DNA of 64,000 nucleotides from NCBI GenBank assembly GCA_002686445.1, contig NZCO01000007.1:5483-69482 (forward strand). The letters are read 5' to 3'. The translations under genes were made by a program, and so were the position numbers. How positions within the stretch are numbered: the stretch's first letter is position 1; each line of letters begins with the position of its first letter. The notes beneath the pieces were generated by a model. That model saw only the letters and a program-made list of their open reading frames with translations. It searched no databases and was not told the DNA's origin. This DNA is from a bacterium (GTDB lineage Bacteria; Patescibacteriota; Andersenbacteria; UBA10190). Below, one piece after another: positions 15,717 to 25,010 of the stretch.

Positions 15717-18554
15717 CTAGCCCTTACGCTTTATTTTCCGAACCAGATGGTAGGGAAGCTGTAGCAAGAGGAGCAACACCAATCCCGCCAGCGTGGCTCG
15801 GGTAGCTTTTGTAATAGCAGGGGAGTCATAAAGCCACCGCACTTCGTGTTGCCCGCCTGGCACGAAGACGGTCTTAAAGAGCGTATTGGCCAGGTAATAA
15901 GGTTGCGGCTCTCCATCGACCGTTATTTGCCACTGTGGGGCGTTGGTATCGCTTACGACCAACCAACCCGGCTGCGTACTATCGACTGACACAACTACCT
16001 CAGTATCGGTATATTTCACCACTGTTACCTTCGACCTGCCGCGTTGGCTGGTGAGCTGTTGATCTGGCGGTGGGACGGGCCCAGAAACGTATATAGTTCC
16101 ATCTAATTTGAATTGTGGGTCAGACAGTGCGGCTCGGATATCGTCCGCCGCCGCAACATAAATGGCATTGGCGACGAGGAACGCCTTGGGGTAGACAGCT
16201 GGGTTCGTATACAGCCGATAGGCAGTTGTGTGTGCCACCGCTTCAGCCTCGAGATTGAACTTGCTGGCAGTCATGGTATCAGTAGCCCCCTGTGGAATGA
16301 GCTGTGCCAGATGGGTGACTCCTGAAAAATTAAATAGCTCTCGGTGCTTAGCCAGCACGTGCAGGTCATCGCCATCGACGGGTTCGCGGTCGTTGGCAAA
16401 GAAAAACTCTATGAATTCCCTATACGGCTTGGTGGTTAGCGCGCCAATCCAACGAGCACTGCTCGCGCCGGCCGCCACGTGAAGGTGACGCGCCATAAGG
16501 TAGGACTCTTCATCGGAAAATGGCTGGTCGTAGACCAGTACGTCTAGTCGGAGCTCTTTTTGCGAAGCCAGTACTTGCTCGCTGGTTGGTTCTGGAGCTC
16601 TGACCAAATACATTGATGCTTCTCCTGGCGTACTTTGAACCGATAAGGTCAAACCGCTGGGCTCTCCGCTAGTAATGGACAAGAAGTACGGTTCGTCTCG
16701 AGGGGCGACGTCACTAAAACAGACTGGCGGATGTTCGCCTTGCCGTACTTCATCCGTCCTGACACTCATCGTACTTAGCGGGGCTACGACAAGTGACTCA
16801 TGAAGCCCCACTACTACTTCGCCTCGAGTATCCTCCAGGCGACTTAGTGGCAAGCCGTAGCACGGATTGGTGACAAAGACTGGCACTGGTTGCCACACTT
16901 GTAGGTCGGGGCCCACCGCACGGGTGGCGACCAAGTCCCGAGTGTTGCGACTAGAGAGCAACAGTGGCCGAGAATACAGCCGGGCGGGGATATCAGCCTT
17001 AGGCCCAACGACGCTGTCTGCTAGGGGCGAGCGTACGACAAGTCCCGCGCGGTCAGTCAGCGGATTGTAGTCCCAGGCGAACGTAAGCAGCGTCAAGGCG
17101 GTAAAGACCGTCAGTATAAGCTCGCGAGGCAGCTGCTTTTTGATGATGATGCTAGCGGTGAAGGCACTAGCCCCCGCCACGAACATGATGAGGCTTAGGT
17201 GCCCCATTGTCAGATAGTAATGCGCTTGGTTCAGCCAGCGTGGCATCGAGTAAAAAGTGGCGGCGAAGGTGGCAAGGAAGAGTACGGGTAAGCCGATTGC
17301 TAATAGCAGCCTTGGCCAGTGTTTTTTTATGCTAGTTATGTGGACCAAGTCATCGAGACCGGCAATAGCTAGGAAGACGAGCCCGGTGACTGTGAAAAAG
17401 ACAAAGCGACCCGGGATAGTGAGCGACGTGATAATGTCGTTCTCAACCAAGTAGGTATACAGCGGGCTGTGTTTCCCGAGCGCAATGATTATGCCGATCA
17501 CCAGTAACAGCACGCCAGTCACGCGCAGGGCCAGGCGTTTACGCCAGTTGCCTAAAGCATATCCTGCTAGTAGCAGTGGGATGATACCGGTGAATGCAGC
17601 TAGCTCCTGAAACCCTTTGGCTCCCCAGTAATTATCGTGGTCACCGAAGAAATACGGCGCGATCAGTGTAATTGCATGGCTGGGTGGATAGCTGAACTCA
17701 TACAGCACCGTGCGCGGTAATCCATCCGCACGCTCTGTCAGCGGGAGGAACTCGAGGAGTGGAAAAATGGCGAATGAGGATAAGAGTAGCGTGAGTATTG
17801 CGGCTAGTACGAGCATGGCCACGGTCTTTATCACCCAGCGGTAATTCGCCAGGCGAGAGGCACCGCCTGACAGCAGTGACGCCACGCCGTAGATTGCAGC
17901 CACGGCCACACTGTAAGCGCCGACTTGTGGTTGACCGGAGAGTATCATCACCGCTATGGCCACAGCGATGAGGCCGGTGCGCTTCAGGGTCGGTTTTTGT
18001 AGGAAGTAGTGGACCGCGACCAGTAGCCACGGTAGTACCATGGTTGAGGTATAGAAATTGACGTGGTTTAAGTGCCCAATGTTAAAACCTGAGAATGCAT
18101 ACACTACAGCACCAAATGAAGCGATGACTGGCGTGAGTTGTTGCCGGCGCAAGAATACGTAGAGGCCTACGAGTCCAAACAAAAAATAGCTGACGACTGA
18201 TACCTGCAGTAGGTTGAGAGGATCAAGCACCAGGCGCAGTACGACATGCAGTGGGGTGAAGAAACCGAGCTGCCCCCACGCGATCAGCGGTTGCCCAAAT
18301 CCGAACAGGTTGCTCCAAACAGGCAGCTGCATCGCAGCCTGTGCCTGAGCGTATACAATCTCCATTGGGTAGTAGATGATTTTGAGGTCATCAAGCCAGT
18401 AGACGGAGTGGCCGAAAATGATGCGCGAAAAGAAAGTGACCCAGGTCGCGCCGATAATAATCAGTCCTAAGTATTCGGTCTTGGTTTGGCTCGCTATACG
18501 AATGCCAAGTTTGCGGAAATCGGGTTTCATACGGTGATTCTGGTATGGTAGCAC
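15717..18554 (-). CDS. YfhO-like polytopic membrane protein (large paralog)
   Basis: 945 aa. N-terminus YYPMEIVYAQAQAAMQLPVWSNLFGFGQPLIAWGQLGFFTPLHVV..., then ~14 TM helices. The large C-terminal soluble region ends ...WLVVSDTNAPQWQITVDGEPQPYYLANTLFKTVFVPGGQHEVRWLY, matching the YfhO C-terminal pattern. Confidence 0.6.
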   Translation of the reverse strand: MLPYQNHRMKPDFRKLGIRIASQTKTEYLGLIIIGATWVTFFSRIIFGHSVYWLDDLKIIYYPMEIVYAQAQAAMQLPVWSNLFGFGQPLIAWGQLGFFTPLHVVLRLVLDPLNLLQVSVVSYFLFGLVGLYVFLRRQQLTPVIASFGAVVYAFSGFNIGHLNHVNFYTSTMVLPWLLVAVHYFLQKPTLKRTGLIAVAIAVMILSGQPQVGAYSVAVAAIYGVASLLSGGASRLANYRWVIKTVAMLVLAAILTLLLSSFAIFPLLEFLPLTERADGLPRTVLYEFSYPPSHAITLIAPYFFGDHDNYWGAKGFQELAAFTGIIPLLLAGYALGNWRKRLALRVTGVLLLVIGIIIALGKHSPLYTYLVENDIITSLTIPGRFVFFTVTGLVFLAIAGLDDLVHITSIKKHWPRLLLAIGLPVLFLATFAATFYSMPRWLNQAHYYLTMGHLSLIMFVAGASAFTASIIIKKQLPRELILTVFTALTLLTFAWDYNPLTDRAGLVVRSPLADSVVGPKADIPARLYSRPLLLSSRNTRDLVATRAVGPDLQVWQPVPVFVTNPCYGLPLSRLEDTRGEVVVGLHESLVVAPLSTMSVRTDEVRQGEHPPVCFSDVAPRDEPYFLSITSGEPSGLTLSVQSTPGEASMYLVRAPEPTSEQVLASQKELRLDVLVYDQPFSDEESYLMARHLHVAAGASSARWIGALTTKPYREFIEFFFANDREPVDGDDLHVLAKHRELFNFSGVTHLAQLIPQGATDTMTASKFNLEAEAVAHTTAYRLYTNPAVYPKAFLVANAIYVAAADDIRAALSDPQFKLDGTIYVSGPVPPPDQQLTSQRGRSKVTVVKYTDTEVVVSVDSTQPGWLVVSDTNAPQWQITVDGEPQPYYLANTLFKTVFVPGGQHEVRWLYDSPAITKATRATLAGLVLLLLLQLPYHLVRKIKRKG

Positions 18555-18634
18555 CTATACCACAGGAGTAAGAACCTATAGTATAGGGGGCTTGGGTACC
18601 TCCCAGGCCTTATCTACGACATACTACCTATATG
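18554..18634. promoter_or_regulatory. Divergent promoter region with CCTATA repeats and palindrome CCTATAgTATAGG
   Basis: CCTATACC at 18554-18561. Palindrome CCTATAGTATAGG at 18575-18587. CCTATA at 18627-18632 overlaps the asnB ATG at 18632. Confidence 0.3.
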
Positions 18635-20512
18635 TGCGGAATAGCAGGAATATGGCATCGCGATGGCAGCCTCCCTCGGGAAAGCGACCTGGAGCGTATG
18701 GGCGAGACACTAGCTCATCGTGGTCCGGACGACCACGGTACGGTCATTTTAGGATCGTGCGGGTTAGCCCATCGTCGATTATCAATCATTGACTTAACTA
18801 CAGCCGGACGGCAGCCAATGACCACGGCTGACGGACGATTTACGATTTCATACAACGGTGAGATATATAACTACAAGGAGCTGGCGAGTACGTATCTAGC
18901 GGATGTGCCACTTACGTCTTCTTCGGATACCGAGGTCCTACTCAATCTATTAGCCCTACGTGGGACCGAAGTGTTGTCTGAAATACGCGGCATGTTTGCG
19001 CTGGCCTTGTGGGATAATCAAAAGCACGAGCTGGTATTGGCCCGGGATCCCTTTGGGAAGAAGCCGCTGTTCTACCAGTTAAGCAATCAGCGTGTGCAGT
19101 TTGCGTCTGAGCCCAAGGCCCTGCTCTCGGTGACCAAGGCTACTCAGAACAAGCTCGACCGCGAGGCTGTGGCCAACTACTTCCTGCACGAATATCCACC
19201 TGCGCCAGGAAGCATGTGGGCAGAGATACGTCAGCTCGAACCTGGGTCGTGGTTACGCATCACAAAGAAAAACACGCACACCGACAGGTTTTGGACTCCG
19301 CATTTTTTGCCAAAATGGCAGACTGACGAAAAACAAGCCCTAGGCACACTAGACTTACTTTTGAGGCGGGCGGTGGAGCGTCGCTTAATTGCCGACGTGC
19401 CTGTAGGACTCTTTTTAAGCGGCGGATTAGACTCCGCAACTATCGGTTGGTATGTATCTGAGCTCACAAACGAACCAATGCATTCTTTTTCTGTTGGCTT
19501 CGCCGAACAGGACTTTGACGAGTCACCACACGCACGTCGCGTGGCGCAGCACCTTGGCCTACAGCACCACGAGACAACCTTCGGATTAAAAGAGTTCAAA
19601 GAGGGGATTGAACGATTAGTCCCGCTGGTGGACATGCCACTTGCTGATGCCAGCCTGCTACCCACGGCGCTAGTCAGCCAATTAGCTAGTAAGGAAGTTA
19701 CTGTGGTGTTGGATGGCGACGGTAGCGATGAACTGCTTGCCGGCTACGGCACATTTAAGGCGGCCGAGGCTGCGGAGCGGATCCCTGGTCGAGAAGCCAT
19801 CGCCCCCTTCTTTCAAGAGCTCACTAGCTTACTTCCCACTCGACTGGGACACTTCACCTGGGACTTTGTCTTAAGGTCGTTTGTCCGGGGCTTGCCATAC
19901 TCCCTACATCGCCGGAACGCGATCTGGCTAGGGTCGTTCACAGATGTTGACCTAAAATCGTTGCTCATGCCCGCTTGGCAGGCTCAGGTTGACATGCTGT
20001 TTGCGGGACCGGATGCTGTGGCTAAAGAGTTCACTGATGAAACAATTCTTGACCAAGTATCCGCACTTACCATTGATGGGTATTTAACGAACGATATCCT
20101 GGTCAAGCTCGACCGCGCCACGATGTATTCTAGCATTGAGGCCCGTACGCCATTTCTCGACACAGACCTAGCTGACTTTTTATTGCGGCTTCCCGATGCG
20201 CTCAAGCGCGAGAAGTATTTACTGAAGCGTCTGATGAGAGATCGTTTGCCCGCCGGCATTGTTGATCGACCCAAAAAGGGGTTTGGTATCCCGCTCGGCA
20301 GTTGGCTCCGTGGCCCCCTTCATGATTGGGCGACCGAGGTTCTCGATGCGACGAAGCTGCATAATCAGGGGATATTAAACGCCCGCTACGTGACCCGGCT
20401 GCTGCGCGAGCACAAGGCAGGGCGAGCTGACCATCGTAAGAAACTCTGGACGCTCCTCTCCTGGCAGCTGTGGTATGACTATTGGGTTGCTAATGAGAGA
20501 GGAGAGAGGTAA
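18632..20512 (+). CDS. asnB: Asparagine synthase (glutamine-hydrolysing), AsnB family amidotransferase
   Basis: MCGIAGIW... N-terminal Cys2 Ntn-glutaminase start, then ...LSGGLDSATI... PP-loop (SGGLDS) in the synthetase domain. 626 aa. Confidence 0.9.
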   Translation: MCGIAGIWHRDGSLPRESDLERMGETLAHRGPDDHGTVILGSCGLAHRRLSIIDLTTAGRQPMTTADGRFTISYNGEIYNYKELASTYLADVPLTSSSDTEVLLNLLALRGTEVLSEIRGMFALALWDNQKHELVLARDPFGKKPLFYQLSNQRVQFASEPKALLSVTKATQNKLDREAVANYFLHEYPPAPGSMWAEIRQLEPGSWLRITKKNTHTDRFWTPHFLPKWQTDEKQALGTLDLLLRRAVERRLIADVPVGLFLSGGLDSATIGWYVSELTNEPMHSFSVGFAEQDFDESPHARRVAQHLGLQHHETTFGLKEFKEGIERLVPLVDMPLADASLLPTALVSQLASKEVTVVLDGDGSDELLAGYGTFKAAEAAERIPGREAIAPFFQELTSLLPTRLGHFTWDFVLRSFVRGLPYSLHRRNAIWLGSFTDVDLKSLLMPAWQAQVDMLFAGPDAVAKEFTDETILDQVSALTIDGYLTNDILVKLDRATMYSSIEARTPFLDTDLADFLLRLPDALKREKYLLKRLMRDRLPAGIVDRPKKGFGIPLGSWLRGPLHDWATEVLDATKLHNQGILNARYVTRLLREHKAGRADHRKKLWTLLSWQLWYDYWVANERGER

Positions 20513-20626
20513 CTCCTGCCTCATGACGTTCGCTACGCTCACTGCTCTCTCCTCACATGGAGACGAAGAAGACAGGGGAACCCTGATTTTCTTCGCGACA
20601 TTTTAATTCTGCCGATACGACACACT

Positions 20627-21037
20627 TCACTTGAAGTAGTAAGTCAGCGCTAACATCGTCACGCTTCCCAAGAGGAAGGAGACCACCCCTTTTATCCAAG
20701 TATATTTGCCAAACGCCTCTTCTACAAAACCTGCCCAACTGATGAGCTTTCTTCCCTCTTTTGTCACCGTCAGCCGGTCTCGGCTACCGTCATTGTACCC
20801 AAGATATACGCCAATCGAGTCCTCTAGCGCCTCTCGCAGTCTATATTGAACGTCATTTGGTCTACGCAGATAGATTAATATGTAGTTGATTTGTGGCCAT
20901 CTCCACCAAACCCGAGGCGGGATAAATTCTAGAATTAGATCGAGCTCAGTGGGCGAAATGCCGTCCCTGTTTAGCCGCTGTACTTTTTTGACAAAGTATC
21001 GTTGTAAAGCTAAATGATCCATAGGTGTAGGATACAC
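20627..21037 (-). CDS. Hypothetical small protein with C-terminal TM anchor (lower-GC gene)
   Basis: 136 aa. C-terminal WIKGVVSFLLGSVTMLALTYYF hydrophobic segment. Composition about 45-48% GC, below the flanks. No recognisable motif. Confidence 0.35.
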   Translation of the reverse strand: MYPTPMDHLALQRYFVKKVQRLNRDGISPTELDLILEFIPPRVWWRWPQINYILIYLRRPNDVQYRLREALEDSIGVYLGYNDGSRDRLTVTKEGRKLISWAGFVEEAFGKYTWIKGVVSFLLGSVTMLALTYYFK

Positions 21038-21090
21038 TTTTTAGGCGCCCAATCCTTTTTCTTGCAAGTAGAGCTAGGCTGTCGAAAGAA

Positions 21091-22563
21091 TTATAGAGCT
21101 GATCGATTGTAGATCCAGGCCATCTCAATTCCAGACAGGCGGATTATGTGCTCAGGGGTAAATTGTTTGTAATACGTAACGAGGTCAGTCTCCCAGGCAT
21201 CGGGACCACGTGCCAGCATTGAACGGTAGATAATCACGTAATCGGCGCTGCCGTTGTCGTGCTGATGTGCGTTGATCGCCCGGCCGACGAACTTTGACTC
21301 GAATTCACTAGGCCAGACTGTGGCAACGGTAAGGGAATCGACGTTGGGCTTGCTGTTGAGATACTTAGCGGCGAGATCCAGTCCTTCCCCCCAGCCATGA
21401 CGACGCTCACCGAACAATGAGCGGGTCAGCGGGTTTACATAGGCGAGCTGGTGCTGATAATCAGTTACGATGATGCCGGCCTGCCAAATGATCGTGAGGG
21501 TGGCGAGCACTAGCGCAGCCGGCCGCCACAGTGCCTTCGTTTTCAAAGTGACCAGCCAGCCAAGAGTGATAGCCGCGCTGGCATCCAGAAAGAGAAACGA
21601 GGGCAAGACGTATCGGTCACCCTTCTTTAGTCCGATCATCATTTGGACTGTGAAGAGGACTGCGAACAGGAGGAATACAACGATGGCTGTTCTGTCCAAC
21701 TTACTGTCTTTAGCAACTCGCTGGTGCCAGGCAAGAGCACCTATAGCGATGACTAGCAACAACATCTGTGCAGGAGTTGAGAAGAATAGTAGTGAGCCAA
21801 GGTAATAGGTGGCCGGCGCCGCGTGGGCATCAAGATACTCGTCCGAGCGGAAGAGCTCTGCGAACTCTCCATATACACCCAGCGGCGCCACAGCGATTGA
21901 AGGCAGAAATATTATGAGTCCTATGGCAAAGGCGACTAGCCAGATCACGCTGGTGCGGGTGAGCAGTTTTGTGCCCCACTTATGGCGCCAAGCCCAGTAG
22001 ATAAGTACGAGTCCGGTGAACGGCACGATAATAACGCCGGGTAGCTTCGACAGGAGCGCGGCCGCCCCCGCTACGCCAGCCAGCACGAGGTAGCGAGTTT
22101 GTGTATCTTTTTGCCACAGCAGAAGCGCCGCTACCGAGAGCAATAAGAATAGAGCTAACAACGAATCCATGGCGTACACGCGCGTATGTGCGAACAGGAA
22201 TGGGTTCGTGGCCAGCAGCGCTATCGCCAGACCGCCTGTCCAAGCGCCCCAGCGTCGCCAAAAGATATAGCCGATCAGCAAAATTAGCAGTCCCTGCCCG
22301 ACAACCAGGGGTAGTTTCTTAATGGCCCAGTCATCAGCTCGTATGGTGAGCGCTCCTAACCACTGGGTGGTGATTCCTGGATGGGGTTGCTGCACCAACT
22401 GGTCAATTTGCCCGTGCGCGAACTTCGTCACGAACCCACTGGTGTTGGCTAGCCATCGCTTTTCATCAGGCGAGCGAACCGCATCTAAATCGAGCACACG
22501 TGGGACAAATACAGCCAGCATAAGTCCGGCAATCACTAATACTTTCACTACCCGCGTATCCAT
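21091..22563 (-). CDS. GT-C fold membrane glycosyltransferase (ArnT/PMT-like), paralog C
   Basis: 490 aa. N-terminal TM, then DLDAVRSPDEKRWLANTSGFV (DE loop), then ~11 TM helices. The C-terminal block GWGEGLDLAAKYLNSKPNVDSLTVATVWPSEFESKFVGRA...YVIIYRSMLARGPD...EMAWIYN is homologous to the conserved block in 7179/9200. Confidence 0.6.
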   Translation of the reverse strand: MDTRVVKVLVIAGLMLAVFVPRVLDLDAVRSPDEKRWLANTSGFVTKFAHGQIDQLVQQPHPGITTQWLGALTIRADDWAIKKLPLVVGQGLLILLIGYIFWRRWGAWTGGLAIALLATNPFLFAHTRVYAMDSLLALFLLLSVAALLLWQKDTQTRYLVLAGVAGAAALLSKLPGVIIVPFTGLVLIYWAWRHKWGTKLLTRTSVIWLVAFAIGLIIFLPSIAVAPLGVYGEFAELFRSDEYLDAHAAPATYYLGSLLFFSTPAQMLLLVIAIGALAWHQRVAKDSKLDRTAIVVFLLFAVLFTVQMMIGLKKGDRYVLPSFLFLDASAAITLGWLVTLKTKALWRPAALVLATLTIIWQAGIIVTDYQHQLAYVNPLTRSLFGERRHGWGEGLDLAAKYLNSKPNVDSLTVATVWPSEFESKFVGRAINAHQHDNGSADYVIIYRSMLARGPDAWETDLVTYYKQFTPEHIIRLSGIEMAWIYNRSAL

Positions 22564-22587
22564 ACTGGTATACTATAGGTTGTTGAG

Positions 22588-22986
22588 ATGAATACACTAG
22601 CCAAAAAAGAAGCGTTCATTCTTGGATTGATTGTAGTGCTGTTTATCGCGCTGTTTATACCAGCACTGCTGCAGAGTCGAGCTGAGAAGCGCGACGGCAT
22701 TAGACGGGATGAGATTGCGGAGCGAAAGACAGACCTGGAGCTCTACTTCAACGATCATGAGGCCTACCCCCTCGAGTTTGATGCGTCGCCACATCAATAT
22801 GTGGTGACTGATCAGGATCAAGCTGGCGCGACGTATTGGTTTTTGCGGGCCGTACTAGAAAACCCCGCTGACACTGGGGCCTACTATGATGCGGAGTCGG
22901 GGCGAAACTATCACTACCGAATCCAACAGGTGGACGGGCAGACCGTATATGAAGTGTGTGGTGGCGGACCCGACTGTCCACTATAA
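22588..22986 (+). CDS. Small N-terminally anchored secreted or periplasmic hypothetical protein
   Basis: 132 aa. KKEAFILGLIVVLFIALFIPALL TM/signal anchor, then a soluble domain ending CGGGPDCPL. Confidence 0.4.
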   Translation: MNTLAKKEAFILGLIVVLFIALFIPALLQSRAEKRDGIRRDEIAERKTDLELYFNDHEAYPLEFDASPHQYVVTDQDQAGATYWFLRAVLENPADTGAYYDAESGRNYHYRIQQVDGQTVYEVCGGGPDCPL

Positions 22987-23002
22987 ATAGGGAAAAGTTA
23001 CT

Positions 23003-23692
23003 ATGATACAAATATTGATTCGCAGCGCTATTTCGATAGTGCTGGTCGTGGGGCTTATCATTCTTGGGGTGCGGTATCTACAGGAACCAGTTATTCGGCC
23101 AACGGTCGAGATAGAAGCCAGCCAAGACACGCTGACGAATGTTGTCCCGGTATATGCCCAGTTCGTAGCGACGCAGAAACTAATCCTAGATTCCGCTGGC
23201 CCGGTTACATACATAGAGCTCCCGGTCTATGAAGCAGAGCTTGGTCAGCACTTCACTGTCATGTTGCGAGGCGCAGAAACGGTAGGGGAGTGGGACTTGA
23301 TGACAACAGCCGCGGGGGAAGTGGTGCCGGCAAGACTGACACTGACACCGGCGCGGGTGCTCACCGGTGACTTTGAACTGCAAATAGATGGTGACAGCAT
23401 CAGTCACGACGATAAGGATCTTGCACCACAACTCTTCATTCAGACAGCGGACGATTACTATCCAGACGGCAACTATCGCATTGCTGATAACGAAAAGCAG
23501 GGGGATATAGCTATGGTGCTCTATGAAGAGGTCTCGAACCTACAGGAGTATCAGGAAGATTGGCGCAATCGCCCGCTCAATGCCGTGAAGCTCGGGCTGC
23601 TCGTTGCACTTACGCTTTTGCTGGCTGCTAGCGTCGCGTGGCTCCGACTCACTCCCCTCTCTAGGCAAGAAAACGGCTCATCCGCTGGCTGA
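23003..23692 (+). CDS. Hypothetical bitopic membrane protein (N- and C-terminal TM)
   Basis: 229 aa. N-terminal TM SAISIVLVVGLIILGV, C-terminal TM LGLLVALTLLLAASVAWL, acidic central domain. Confidence 0.4.
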   Translation: MIQILIRSAISIVLVVGLIILGVRYLQEPVIRPTVEIEASQDTLTNVVPVYAQFVATQKLILDSAGPVTYIELPVYEAELGQHFTVMLRGAETVGEWDLMTTAAGEVVPARLTLTPARVLTGDFELQIDGDSISHDDKDLAPQLFIQTADDYYPDGNYRIADNEKQGDIAMVLYEEVSNLQEYQEDWRNRPLNAVKLGLLVALTLLLAASVAWLRLTPLSRQENGSSAG

Positions 23693-23716
23693 GCCGTTTT
23701 TTGGATACTAAGGCTC

Positions 23717-24688
23717 CTATTTCCTAAAGTTTGGGAGGTACCAGTCCTGGTACCAGCTGACGAATTTCTTTACTCCTTCCTCAATGGAAGTCGTGGGTTT
23801 GTAACCAAGGCGCTCCTTAGCCTTACTGATGTCTGCCAGTGTCTGGGGGACGTCGCCAGGGGGCAGCGGCACATCTGTGATAGTCGCCTTTTTATCCAGT
23901 GCCGCTTCAATAGCCTTTATGAAACGAGGCAGCGGGACAGCATCCTGATTACCTAGGTTATATATTTCGTAGCCTGCAGGCGGATTGTCGATTGCGCCCA
24001 GAAGGCCTTGGACGATGTCATCAATAAACGTAAAGTCACGTTTGGTTTCGGAGCCACGCATCTCAATTGTGCGACCCTCTTCGATCGCTTCAGTAAATTT
24101 AAATAGTGCCATCTCGGGACGACCCCATGGGCCATAGACGGTGAAGAAGCGCACTGCGGAAATAGGGAGGTCATACAGGTAATTCCAGGTGGCGCAGAGC
24201 GCTTCGCCGGCCACCTTGGTGGCTGCGTACGGTGAAATTGGTTTTGACACGTCATCGGTCTCCGATAGTGGCATTTCTTCCCGGCCACCATACACGGATG
24301 AGCTTGAAGCGAAAACAAAGTTTTTCACATTATGCTTACGCGCTTCTTCAAGCATTACAATCGTCCCGTTAATGTTTGCGTTGCTATAGGTTAGTGGCTC
24401 GTCGATGCTGCGTTGGACAGCAGCCCAGGCTGCGAGATGCACAACCGCATCGAATTTATGGTTAGCAAATACCTTGGCCATAGCTTCAGCATCCGAGACA
24501 TCCTCGCGGATAAGCACATCCGTTGGGAAGTCTGGAAGCAGCTCTGATACTCGAGCTTCCTTTAGCTTTGGATCGTAGCGGTTGTTAAAATCATCGACTA
24601 TAACAACCTCATCGCCTCGGGCGAGTAGTTCTTTTACGAGGTGCGCTCCAATAAAGCCCGCACCGCCTGTTACGAGTATCTTACTCAT
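23717..24688 (-). CDS. NAD-dependent nucleotide-sugar epimerase (UDP-glucuronate/UDP-glucose 4-epimerase-like SDR)
   Basis: MSKILVTGGAGFIGAHLVKELLARGDEVVIVDDF... Rossmann GxxGxxG, SSSSVYG, YAATKVAGE (YxxxK catalytic motif). The start is taken at the internal MSKIL (24688) rather than the ORF-track 24715. Confidence 0.8.
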   Translation of the reverse strand: MSKILVTGGAGFIGAHLVKELLARGDEVVIVDDFNNRYDPKLKEARVSELLPDFPTDVLIREDVSDAEAMAKVFANHKFDAVVHLAAWAAVQRSIDEPLTYSNANINGTIVMLEEARKHNVKNFVFASSSSVYGGREEMPLSETDDVSKPISPYAATKVAGEALCATWNYLYDLPISAVRFFTVYGPWGRPEMALFKFTEAIEEGRTIEMRGSETKRDFTFIDDIVQGLLGAIDNPPAGYEIYNLGNQDAVPLPRFIKAIEAALDKKATITDVPLPPGDVPQTLADISKAKERLGYKPTTSIEEGVKKFVSWYQDWYLPNFRK

Positions 24689-25010
24689 GCCGTAAGAGTA
24701 TAGCAGCTGTACCAATTGTCGCTAGTATACCCCATATACCCACTGACAGACCTAATTGGACCGCTGTCGGGACTGCGTCGGGCCACGGTATAGGCAGCCA
24801 AAATGCCAGCGCGATCAGGATCACTAAGCCCGCTGGCACAACGAAATCAGGCAACTTACGAGCAACACTCAACCAGACCAGGATGGTGCCGACTATACTT
24901 GCCCAAAAAGTCACAGATAGGGGAATTGGAGCCAGCACGCTTGCGGCGGCCACTAACAACAGCCAGCTACTGGCAGTTACCATGAACTGACGTACCTTAT
25001 CGGAGATCAT
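24681..25010 (-). CDS. Small polytopic membrane protein (3 predicted TM)
   Basis: 109 aa, almost entirely hydrophobic helices. Overlaps neighbouring genes by a few nt at both ends (operonic). Confidence 0.4.
   Translation of the reverse strand: MISDKVRQFMVTASSWLLLVAAASVLAPIPLSVTFWASIVGTILVWLSVARKLPDFVVPAGLVILIALAFWLPIPWPDAVPTAVQLGLSVGIWGILATIGTAAILLRHE

Noticed and set aside
22588-22680. Type IV pilin / pseudopilin call for ORF 22588 based on KKEAFILGLIVVLFIALF
   Set aside because: It lacks the canonical G/F(M)-T-L-I-E prepilin cleavage motif (no Gly at -1, no Glu at +5). Kept only as an N-terminally anchored hypothetical.
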